Assembly (NCBI RefSeq): GCF_001194135.2
Contig: NC_068981.1
Location: 184,078,955 to 184,120,423 of the forward strand
Direction of reading: 5' to 3'
DNA length: 41,469 nucleotides
Origin: Octopus bimaculoides
Lineage: Eukaryota
Below, piece by piece: positions 1 to 11,400 of this stretch. Position 1 is the first letter of the stretch; every line of letters starts with the position of its first letter. Below the pieces are notes generated by a model. It worked only from the letters and a program-made list of their open reading frames with translations. It did not search any database and was not told where the DNA came from. The position numbers and the translations under genes are program-made.

Positions 1-9
1 GATGATGAT

Positions 10-313
10 ACCGCCTGACTGGCCTTGTAGGGTTTTCGAGCGAGATCGTTGCCAGTGCCCCTGGACTGGCTCTTGTGTGGGTGGCACATAAAAGACACCA
101 TTTCGAGCGTGGCCGTTTTCGTGTGGGTGACACGTAAAAGCACCCACTACACTCTCTGAGTGGTTGGCGTTAGGAAGGGCATCCAGCTGTAGAAACTCTG
201 CCAAATTAGATTGGAGCCTGGTGTTACCATCCGGTTTCACCAGTCCTCAGTCAAATCGTCCAACCCATGCTAGCATGGAAGGCGGACGTTAAACGATGAT
301 GATGATGATGATG
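10..313 (+). mobile_element. Non-LTR/SINE family 1 with (GAT)n tail
   Basis: Shared core ggttggcgttaggaagggcatccagctgtagaaac...catgctagcatggaaagcggacgttaaa(gat)n, seen more than 10 times in the window. Confidence 0.85.
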
Positions 314-420
314 AATGTTGTTCTTCAGTTTTGTCTTACACCATCTTTTCCTTTTGTCTTTTTTCCATCTCATCACTTACATCTCCTTGTCTCTCTGTCC
401 GTCTGTCACTTTATGCATCT

Positions 421-910
421 ATTTATCTACCTTCCATCTCTTTATTTGTGTGTCATCTATTTATATATCTATCTAGCCATCCATCCATCTATCTATCTAT
501 CTATCTGTCTATCCCTCTAACTATCCATCTATCCATCCATGCATCTATTTATCTATCTATCTACCCATTTATCCTTTCTATCCATCTATCCTATTTATCT
601 ATCTGGTTATCTATCTATCTATCCATCCATCTATTTATCTGTCTGTCTATCTCTCTATTTATCTATCTATCTATCTTTCTACCCATCTATCCTATTTATC
701 TATCTGGCTATCTATCTATCTATTGATCCATTTATCTACCTTATGTCTCTATGTATCTTACTTGTCTGCCTCTTTACCACTTACCTCTTTATGTTGTTAC
801 CTATTTGTCTATCTGTGTATCTATCTACCAGTCAACCATCTATCTATTTATCTGTGTATTTATCTATCTTTTTATGTATCTATCTGTCTACCATATATTT
901 ATTTATCTGT
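421..910. repeat. Degenerate (TATC/TCTA/CATC)n tetranucleotide array in the intron upstream of the RGS exon
   Basis: Directly visible tandem repeats; source of the spurious YLSI-type ORFs. Confidence 0.95.
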
Positions 911-929
911 CTTTATCCAATTACTGCAG

Positions 930-1096
930 AAGGTTTCAGTATATTTCGAGACTACCTTACTTCTCAATACTGTGATGAAAACTTAGATTTCTGGAAAGCA
1001 GTTGAAGACTTCCGAATCGAACCTGATGACACCCAAATTCGTGCCCGGGCTGGTGCCATTTATAAAAGATTCATCATGAAGGGAGCACCACGTTGT
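930..1096 (+). CDS. RGS-domain gene, penultimate coding exon (xGFSIFRDYLTSQYCDENLDFWKAVEDF...IYKRFIMKGAPRC)
   Basis: Acceptor ttactgcAG at 928-929 and donor GTAAGT at 1097. The translation carries the RGS-box motifs ENLDFW and IYxxFIxxGAP. Upstream exons are outside the window. Confidence 0.93.
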
Positions 1097-1360
1097 GTAA
1101 GTGTCAACTTTTTCTCTTCATTAATAATAGACTCTGAGATTTTTTTTTTTTTGTCTTAATTATTGATAGAATAAGTACTAGGCTTACAAAGAATAAGTCC
1201 TGGGGTTGATTTGCTCGACTAAAAGCAGTGCTCCAGCATGGCCACAGTCAAATGACTGAAACAAGTAAAAGAGTATATATTTATATATAAATCATCTTGT
1301 TTTTCAGTTCTTTATATATTCTCTTTCTATCTCTGTTTCTCTCTTTCTCTTTATTTTCAG

Positions 1361-1525
1361 ATAAATTTGCGCTCAAAAAGTCGTGAAAAACTTGGTGAAC
1401 AGTTGAAAGGCCCAATTACCCGATCTTTCTTCGATGAAATGCAGAAAGAAATTTTAGAAGTTATGCAAAGGGACCCTTATCAGAGGTTCTTGAGATCGGA
1501 GTATTATCGAAACTTATGTACATAG
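1361..1525 (+). CDS. RGS-domain gene, last coding exon (INLRSKSREKLGEQ...FFDEMQKEILEVMQRDPYQRFLRSEYYRNLCT*)
   Basis: Polypyrimidine tract plus ttttcAG at 1359-1360, phase 0 matching the previous exon, RGS motifs xNL and MxxDxYxRFLxS, stop TAG at 1523-1525. Confidence 0.93.
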   Translation: MNLRSKSREKLGEQLKGPITRSFFDEMQKEILEVMQRDPYQRFLRSEYYRNLCT

Positions 1526-2417
1526 ATTCATATGAAGATGGTTGGAGGGGAGGGGGGGGGGCTTACTAATACCACAACTACCATTGTCATCACCACTGTT
1601 AACACTACCATCATTACTACCACCACTAGTTACTATCACTACAACTATTGCCTCCAACACAAACACTAACACTATAAACCAACAAAAGAGCCTCTATGTG
1701 GTATATCAAACTGCTAGAAATAGCAGCTTAATCTCTCTAAATTCCCCATAGCCATAAAAAAAAGGACGGCACATTTGACAATGTAGCCTTAGATGCACAA
1801 TGCCTGAAAACAAAATTGAATGATTATGGCCGGAACACCTTTTGATCATTATTCTGCTCAACTTTAACTGACATACAGCTAAAAACAACTCTCTGCTACT
1901 ATTATTATGATTGCCACTCCCAATATGACCTCTACCACTTCTCTTCTGTCAACCAGTCAAAATATGGCAGTGAACATCACTCTGAATACAATTACCAAAA
2001 CTACTCTGATGCAATAACAAATAGTCTCTATCAACATCACCATTACCATGCTACTACCAAACTACTCCTGGACCAACCAACCAGCCAACCAACCATTCAT
2101 TATGCTGAACAATCACCATCTTCATCATCACCACTACCAACCCCATCGCTATATCTATATCTATATGCTAACACACTGAGTTCGAATTCCACCGAGGTCG
2201 ACTTAGCCTCTCATCCTTTTGGAGTCAATAAAACAAGTACCAGTTGAATACTGTGGATGATGTCATCACTTAGCCCTGTCCCACAAAATCTCAGGCCTTT
2301 TGCCTCTAGTAGAAAGAAATATTACTGCCAACACAAACCAATAAGAGACCCTCTACATAGTCACCCAATCTGCTAGAAATAGCAGTCAAATCACCTTTAA
2401 ATGACATGGTTCTAGAT

Positions 2418-2747
2418 CGGTAGTTCTCAACCTCTTTGATTATTATTTTATTCTGGTATACCCCCATAGCCATTCTATGTTTAAAAACTAGTTTCACAGA
2501 TGCATCTTTCAAAACTCCTATTTTGTTCATCATACAATCACTTGTGTAGTTTGAACTATGTAAAATGTCAGAGAAAGAAACCCAGCTGTTTGTTGCAATT
2601 AACACATCTACAGCAAAACTTTTTTTGTTTTCAATAGATTCTCTAAATACTATTGTGGATCATCAATTTCCTATTTTGCTTGTATGGACCCCCAAAAATC
2701 TTATACAAATTTTCAGAGGCCACATGGTCTCTGGTAGAGAATCACTG
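2418..2747. mobile_element. hAT (Charlie-type) MITE
   Basis: Ends cggtagttctcaacc and ggtagagaatcactg resemble CAGTGGTTCTCAA TIRs. 8-bp TSD ttctagat (2410-2417) / ttctggat (2748-2755). Confidence 0.8.
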
Positions 2748-4571
2748 TTCTGGATAAGATGAAACAATGAGATGTTCACAAAGTGAATGTGTTTGACCAT
2801 CGATATATTTGGTCAAGGCTGACCTGGGGTTAAATAACAGCAACTACAACTACTACCAAAAAAATTATGACTGCAATTACCACTACGGTTTCTTTTTCTA
2901 CTCCCACCATCACCACATGAATTGTACCACCAGCAACAATCATCAGTATTTCCTTTACAACAATATCAACCACTACTAACAGCTATATCCAGTACTCCAT
3001 CTAACATCCTTACAATATGAAGTTCACCACGATCATCATCTTCACTACCTCCTCTACCATCCAACACTTGAATATTTTCAGTTACTTTCTCCATTAATTA
3101 GGTTAATCTGGCCAACCTATTTATTATTTATTATTAATTTAAGCCATCCAATCACTTAATCATTTTAAGCTCATGGATGAAGGTTTAAAATAAAAAAAAA
3201 ACAATTTTCATTTTAACTTGGTCATCAACCAGCTCACTTCATTTTGTGTTGCTAATCTATCGAAAAAGACATGACATCGTATAACCTCATTTTACAGTCC
3301 TTGATAAATCTAAAGTATTGCATTTGTACCTTATTTAACTGAAATGGTTCACACCTCTTACAATGTCTCTTTTATAGCATATGATAGAAAAAAAACCAGA
3401 TTGGAATTAACAACTAATGCAACGTTTCTCAACCAGGGCTCCCTGGAACCCTAGGATTCCACGAGAAAGACTGAGATAAGCTAATGCTAATTTCATGATT
3501 GTAATATTACAATACATGCACAACATTGTTGGTTATTGTAATATAGACATCATCCTATCAGGAAGGGTATCCACTCATAAAACATGGCTTCCAAGGGATC
3601 CCATCGAAATAAAAGGCACAGCAGACATAAAAACAATGATTAGAACTGATATATGCATATATGTCCATTTTTTAACATCCAATGTTTCATGCATAGTTGC
3701 CCCCATCTCCATATCACATTCAGAATTCTCCAGAACCTATCAAGTAATCTTGGACAATTATTGAATGCCTTATAAGATACCCTGCTCAGTTACCAAAACT
3801 AAGCTTGTTTTTGCCTTCTTGACCACCTACTGGACTTCTTTCTAGCAAAGCTCCTTCCCATTGAGTTCCAGAGCTGTTGGAAGCAGATTAATCAAAGGCT
3901 TACTGTAATCTGAGTCTTGCTCCTTAGATTTGTTAGTGAAGGTGTCTCTGAGGTGATAGTTAATCTCACTTTTGGAACAGATGAGTTAGCCCCAACAGTT
4001 GTTTCATAAACCTACAGGGGTTTACCAGAAGGGCAACTCACTACTTGGTTGTTTCCTTTGCTACTCAGTCTGTTTCTTGCAGAAGAAGCTTCACAACTCC
4101 ATCAGAGATTCCTTCTCCTCTTGGAACTACCAATAATCATGGTGGTCATTCTCCGAAAGCAATCAATCAGCATCAACTTTGGCATTGCTTCCAGGGTGGA
4201 ATCAACATCTTTGGCGGGTGGAAACTGAAAAGGTGCCCGTCATGTGTATGTGTGTAGTGAAAAGATACACATACACTTCAAAGAACGATTGTTTTCTTGC
4301 TTCTTACCCTACTTTGATAGTGGCGTTGACCAAAATATCAATCTGTTTCTGTTCCTTTTTCCTTCTTTTTGCTGTACTATTCACCATACACAACTTCTAT
4401 TGTTAACATTTTGTCAATCACTTCTTTGATTTTCTCTACTCGTTGCAACTTCTCTCACTGTCCATCTGTCTGTCCCTTATTCCTCTCATTCCATTTATGC
4501 TGTTTTACCTACAATGTATGTATATATCTATAACAAAATGTTAGCACTAAGCAGTGTTTAGGCATAAGCAA

Positions 4572-4786
4572 AATTTAGTTTAGTTAAAATATGTTTGTGA
4601 CATATTTCAACTGTTAAAAGCAAATTCCACTGCAGTTACCATGGAGAAAATATCTCTCATGGTAATATAGAAAATATTTCTCTTAATATCTCTTTTACCA
4701 TTATATATATTCTCCATGGTAACTGCAATGCATTTGCCTTTTAGCAGTTGAAATATGTCACTAACATATTTTAACTAACCTAAATT
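4572..4786. mobile_element. Fold-back MITE with imperfect inverted arms of roughly 75 bp or more
   Basis: ttagtttagttaaaatatgtttgtgacatatttcaactg... pairs with ...cagttgaaatatgtcactaacatattttaactaacctaa. Confidence 0.8.
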
Positions 4787-7417
4787 GTGTGTGTGTGTGT
4801 GTGTGTGCGTGCATGCATGAAGGCACGTGGCCTAGTGGTTAGGTGTGTTGCACTGACGAACTCACAACCTTATTATCATGAAACCATTAAACCATGCACC
4901 TTCACTAATAACATGTATAACAAGGATTATACTAATTACCAATTATATGAATGAAGTTTAGTATCATAGAAAAACAGATGTAATTAACCATTGCTCTGTT
5001 ATGTTCTGTTGATAATCTTGTTTATATGTAAATGATTAAGTAATACAGTTAATTGGTTTACAGGAAACATGAGTTTAGTTCCCTGAGGCAATATCTATAT
5101 ATGTCTCTACACACACACACACACACACATGTTCTTTCACTTGTTTCAGTCATTGGACGACAGCTACGATGGAACACCATCTTGAACGGTTGAGTCAAAT
5201 CAACTCCTGTGCTTAATTTTAAAATATGGTACTTATTCATCATCTCCTTTGCTAAACTGCTAAATTACAAGGACATAAACAAACCAACACTTGTGAATAA
5301 AGAAAGGGTCTTGAATGTCTCCCCCAAGGTGGCTCAGGGAACCTATCTGAAACATCACAGTTTCTCCTCTCTTCACATGGACCTCAATATTAACAGCAGG
5401 AACACTATAAAATTGTTGAGTGTTTCATTAGTTTGCAGTAATTGAATGAATTAGGAGATATAAATAAAGTGAAGTTTTTGAAGAAAAACACTTTAATTTA
5501 ATCAAACAAAGTGGACAGTAAGAAAATCAAGTTTGTGAGGAAAGAACAAAAACAACAACAAAAGCATTTTCAAAATTAATTTTCCATTAGAATTTCAAAC
5601 AACAAACAGTTTAAAAGAAGAACAAAATGTTTATATTCTGAAGAAGAAAAATTTTGATTGTCAAATCCTGTTAAATATCAGACAAATTATTTCACAACAC
5701 TACAGGGATTTATTGAGCCAGTATAGACAGATGAGAAATAAACCTTCGCTTGGATAAGACATGAGACCATTATACAGTTTTCTCTCAGGCATGGCTTAGT
5801 ACCAATTTTCCAGTTTGGTGGACTGTGGCAATAAATGAATTTTGTATCTACCCAATAGATCCATCTAAAGTGGGTTGTGAACCTACAACACAGTTTTGAT
5901 TCATTAGTTGTTTAGAGTGTATACAGGCCATCTTAGTTTATTATCTGTTATGCAATATCTTTTCTCAGACATATCAGTTGTCTTCTCATATCAGATGTAT
6001 ATTTAATACACAGAATATAACATACAATACCAAAAATATAACATGCAATGCAAATTAGAAGCCTGTCTCTCTCTCTTTATGACTCAATCAGAAGTGGAAT
6101 AGCAGCTCCAATGAGCTTTCATTGCAGAGTTCCCAAGACTTGTCAGACAAAGAAGAGTGGTTTTGATATCCCTAAATCAGTGACACGATTCAAATACTGG
6201 CAACTTAGTGAACAGTAAAAGCTTCTTATAACTTCAAGATTAATATAATGTAATTGTTTATTTTTAGACTGACATTGTAGCGTAGTTGTAAGAAGCCTGA
6301 ACTTATAAAACAGAATATTTTGGTCGAATATGACCGGTTTAATTGCTAAACTGTCAAATTAGGTGAGGGATTAAGGTCTATAATTAAAAGTGCCATAAAC
6401 ACATTAATATTTTGATACCAACCTGTTCAAGACTACCTTTGGTTCTAATGTACAAACTTCCTATTTTAAAGTGATTTAAATTAAAAGCTTCAGTCAAAAT
6501 TTCATGCTAATTTATGCTCCAAACACCAGCTTAATAATGATAATGTATTTTATTCAATTCTTCATTATTTTCAAAATTACTTGAAACAAAGTCAGTGTAT
6601 TTCAACAGAAACATGGCAAAGGAAAGGTTAAGGTTTATTTTTGGCTTCTTCAATTCTTGAGCTGCAAAAGGTTGATTGTCTGTTAATATCTCACATGGAT
6701 CAAGGCGGTAAGTTGGAAGAACAGTTAGCACACAGAGCAAAATGCTTAACAGTATTTCATCTGTCTTTAACATATTAAGTTCAAATGCTGCCGAGGTCAA
6801 CTTTGCCTTTCATCTTTTTGGGTTGATAAATTAAGTATCAGTTGAGCAATGGGGTCAATGTAATCAACTTATCCCTTCACTCGAACTTGCTGGCCTTGTG
6901 CCAAAATTTGAAGCCAATATCTCACATGGGTAGGTGCAGGCGTTGATGTGTGCTTAAGAAGCTTGCTTCCAAACCATTTGGTCTTAGGTTCAATCCCACT
7001 GCATAGCTCTTTGAGCAAGTGTCTTCTACTATAGCCCCAGGTCAAGCAAAGTCTTGTGAGTGGATTTGGTAGATGGAAACTAAAAGAAGCCATTGTGTAT
7101 GTATATATGTGTATGTGTACCCTTGTCTTGACTTCATGTAATGGTTGTAAATGAGCATTACCATCAACATGCAAGTGAGGTTGTTCATATCCAGTCTTCT
7201 GTAAAAAAAAAAAAAACATGTCTGGTCAAGGGAAAATATTACTTTGGTTGGAAATAGGTGAGTTGTTGACAGGAAGAGCATCCAGCTGTAGAAAATGTGC
7301 ATCAACAAGTTCTGTCTGCTTCATGCAAGCATGGAAAATTGGATGTAGAATGATGATGATGATGATGATAAAGATGATGACAGTGACAATGACGAATACC
7401 AGCTGCCATGGTTATTT

Positions 7418-7620
7418 TCATACAATTACTCCAGAAGCGCCAGAAATATCTGATGTAATAAATGATTCAAGACTCCCACTTCGGTAACTGAGAATGCGTT
7501 GCTCTATCAAAGTCTTCCAGGTATACTTCTGTTCAATATTAGGCGCTCGGAACATCAATTTCTTTAAAGAAGCCAAAGTTTTGTCCGAAGAACACATTAC
7601 ATGAAGAAGGAAGTCTGTAG
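7418..7620 (-). CDS. GEF exon 17, PH end and C-terminus (TDFLLHV...FRAPNIEQKYTWKTLIEQRI...SGVIV*)
   Basis: Acceptor ttttcacttAG, phase 1. F.A.....K..W...I PH terminal helix. Stop TGA at 7420-7418. Confidence 0.92.
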
Positions 7621-8380
7621 CTAAGTGAAAAGAGAAAGAAAAATTGAAGGAATTGATATGAAAAATGTAAATTCAAAACAGGAAGCAGAAAATGTACAAT
7701 ACTGATTTCAAATTTTGGCACAAGTCCAGCAATTTCAAAGATAAGCACCATTTGAGTGTGGTCGATACCAGTGCCGCCTGACTGGCTCCTGTGCTGGTGG
7801 CACATAAAAAGCATCATTTGAGCATGGTTGATGCCAGTGCTGCCTAACTGGTCCCCATGCCGGTGGCACGTAAAAAGCACCCACTACACTCTGGGAGTGG
7901 TTGGCATTAGGAAGGGCATCCAGCTGTAGAAACCTTGCCATATCAGATTGGAGCCTGCTGCAGCCTACCAGCTTGCCAGTCCTCAGTCAAACTGTCCAAC
8001 CCATGCTAGCATGGAAAGCAGAAATTAAACAATGATGATGATGATGATGATATTAAATCCAGGGATCAACGTTAAGACAGACAAAATGCTGCTAAACATT
8101 TTGTCAGGCATGCTAACAATTCTCCCAGCTTGCTGCCCTAAAAAAACATAGAATAATAACTAAACAGCTGCTAGGAGCTCAATCCTTGAATGTTGGGTCT
8201 CATGGAGGTGAGGTCAAGTGACCGAGACCTTTAGCAATATGCTGTGCTTGAGAAGACTTTTCAAGCCAAGTGAAATCATAGTCGCAGCCGTTGCCAGTGT
8301 CATGTAAATGGCACCTATGCCAGTGGCAACAGCAGCTGTTGCTGCTACTACTACTACTGCTGCTGCTAGTAGTAGTAGTA

Positions 8381-8433
<53 letters not shown>

Positions 8434-11400
8434 CCTACACAATACACTTTCAATACAGTAACCATAAGAGCATCACAGCAAACCACAGCACATACCCAAG
8501 GCACACAGAGCTGCGCTCGGTAGTGTAGTGAAAGCACGCTATAAAAATAAAACTACTGAATAAAAAAAAAAAATAATAACAATAACAATAATAATAATAA
8601 GTAAGAAAGATGTTTATTTAAAATCTAGTTCACTCACCATGCTTTCTCTGAGATTCGATTCCTTGCAAAGAATACAACATGAGTGGACTCTCCACAACTG
8701 TCAATCTATCATCAGCAGATTTCTCAGTTTGTAAGAGGAGATCAGAAAATAACATCAACTGCAACTGCAAGACATAAAAACATCATTACAAACAAACCAT
8801 ACAGAAAAACAAAACATATAAACGAAAACATCCAGTTCTGAATGAACAGATAAGGTTCAGCAGTTCATTTGTTATTTAATTCATGGGGTTGTGTCTTAAC
8901 CCTTTGAGCCCTGACCTCCTGAACCCTATTTGACCATATAGCTGGCTTCCAGATGCACTCCACTGGTAGAGCAGTGCTACGGTATAGAGAAAAATAAGTC
9001 ATCCACAGGTAAGCCGGTGTTACGAGCTCAAAGGGTTAATTGAAGTGGGATAACTTGTCATTTTAGACATCGTATATTATATAGTAAAAGGAATGGTTGT
9101 GTGGTGAAGAAACTCACTTTGCAACCATGATGTTTTGGGTTCAGTCCCACCTGCACAGCACCTTGGGTAAGTGCCTTCTACTATAGCCCCAGGCCAACCA
9201 AAGTCATGCGAGTAAATTTAGTAGACAGGAACTGTGTGAAAGCCCACACTCTCTTTCTCTCCATCTGTATGGCACTTACCCATCAATTAATAACCAGTGT
9301 TGGTTCGCCGGACTGGCCCTCATGCCGGTGGCACGTAAAAAGCACCCACTACACTCTAGGAGTGGTTGGCGTTAGGAAGGGCATTCAACTGTAGAAACTC
9401 TGCTAGATCAGATTGGAGTGTGGTGTAGCCATCTGGTTTGCCAGTCCCCAGTCAAATTGTCCAACCCATGCTAGCATGGAAAGCGAACGTTAAATGACGA
9501 TGATGATGATGATCTATGTCCCTGTAATTTATGTACCAGACTTTAAAAAAAAATGTACTGGGGTTGATTTGTGCAGCTAAACCCTTCAAGGCAGTTCCCC
9601 AACAAGGACACAATCCAACAACAAGTAAAATAAAAAAAAACATTACATGTTCAAACTCACCTTGTTCCAAACATCTCCATCCCACCTGAAAATCTCACCT
9701 GAATAAATGAGATGTCTTTCTTCCTGACACAACTGGAAATACTACAAAGAAAGAATAAATACCATATATTAACTCTTTAGCATTCAGTTTACTCTTTCAA
9801 ATGTAATGCTTCTTTATTCACATTCTCTTGAATTAAACATGCATTCTGGCATAGCTTTTGAGATTGAGATGTAACTGTTTTTAGAATGATATTGTAGGGT
9901 AGGTGTGAGAGGCTGAATCTGACCAGTGTTGATATAAATGGGTAGAATATTTGAGCCAAATATGGCTGGTTTAAATGCTAAAGGGTTAATGATGTCATTC
10001 TGTTCCAGCATGGCTACAGCTAACTGGAAGTGGAACTACTAAAAGACTGATTATCTCTTATGTTATAGATAAATATATATGTACTTCACACCATCACATT
10101 CAGTAAACAGTTTTGTAGAGTGAAATGCAACGTACTCAACAAGATTAAATCAAAAATCCATCATACGTCTATTTATGTAATTAATGCTGAAATGCTACAC
10201 TGCATTATCTTAAAAAAAAAAAAAAATGAGAACACTTAGATGTTGTGGTCTTAGATAAATTACCCCACCAATAAAGGATGGGTCTGTCACAGATAGAATG
10301 GTGTTTGTGCCACAAAGACAAAAAAAAAAAAAGAAAGGATACTCTGTAAAGTGGTCAGCATAAAAAAGGGCAACCAGCCTTAGAAACCTTGCCAAAACAG
10401 ATACAGGAGACCAATGCAGCTCACAGGTTATTTGGATCCAGCTAACAGTCTAACCCATGCCAGCATGAAATATGGGAATGTTAAATGATGATGATGATGA
10501 TGTGCACGCATGCACGCACACACACCATCATCATTTAACATCCATTGTCCATGCTGGCAAGAGTTGGTCAGTTTGACTGGGCTAGCACACTGGAAGGCTG
10601 CATCAGACTCCAGTCTGATTTGGCATGGTTTTTTTACAGCTGGATGCCCTTCCTAACGCCAACCACTCTGAGAGTGTAATGGGTGCTTTTACATGCCACT
10701 GGCACGGGTGCCATTTGCATGACACCGGGGTGTTTTTACGTGCCAATTTGTGTGACTCTGGTATCTGCCACGACTGCGATTTTGCTTGGTTTGATGGGGC
10801 TTCTTCTCAAGCACAACATAACACCAAAGGTCTCAGTCATTGCCTCCATGAGGCCCAACACTCGAAAAGAACTCAGCCATTTTGCCTCTGTGAGGTCCAA
10901 CACAAAGTATTAATTTCTTACATAGCTATAATGTCGCCTGTTTTTAAAGAGTTAACAAAAAGTTATATTAGGATCTTCATGTCTTTCTTAAAGTTATTAG
11001 AGTGATGTACTTCAGATAAAAATAAAAACATGGAATTAAAATCAGATAACAAATTCAGCCACTGAAGCTAACTTTTAACCTTTAACCCTTTCTTGCTTCA
11101 AATGTTGAGAGTTTGTGCCCAGCGTCGCTTTTCTGGCACTTGTGCCTGCGACATGTGCCTGCGAATTTGTTGCCAGTCCCCTAGACTGGCTCTTGTGCGG
11201 GTGGCACATAAAATACACCATTTTAAGCGTGGCCGTTGCCAGTACCGCCTGACTGGCCTTTGTGCTGGTGGCACGTAAAAGCACCCACTACACTCTCAGA
11301 GTGGTTGGCGTTAGGAAGGGCATCCAGCTGTAGAAACTCTGCCAAATCAGATTGGAGCCTGGTGCAGCCATCTGGTTTCACCAGTCCTCAGTCAAATCGT

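Noticed and set aside
296-986. Overlapping YLSI/IYLS-rich ORFs
   Set aside because: They are translations of a tetranucleotide microsatellite; only 930-1096 is a real exon.
1022-1030. CTGATGA hammerhead-like heptamer, also at 28344
   Set aside because: No helix II plus GAAA follows; the first lies within RGS coding sequence.
8200-8537. Poly-I/L/N/S ORFs, also at 14282-14630 and 19235-19540
   Set aside because: Trinucleotide microsatellites with no supporting splice structure.
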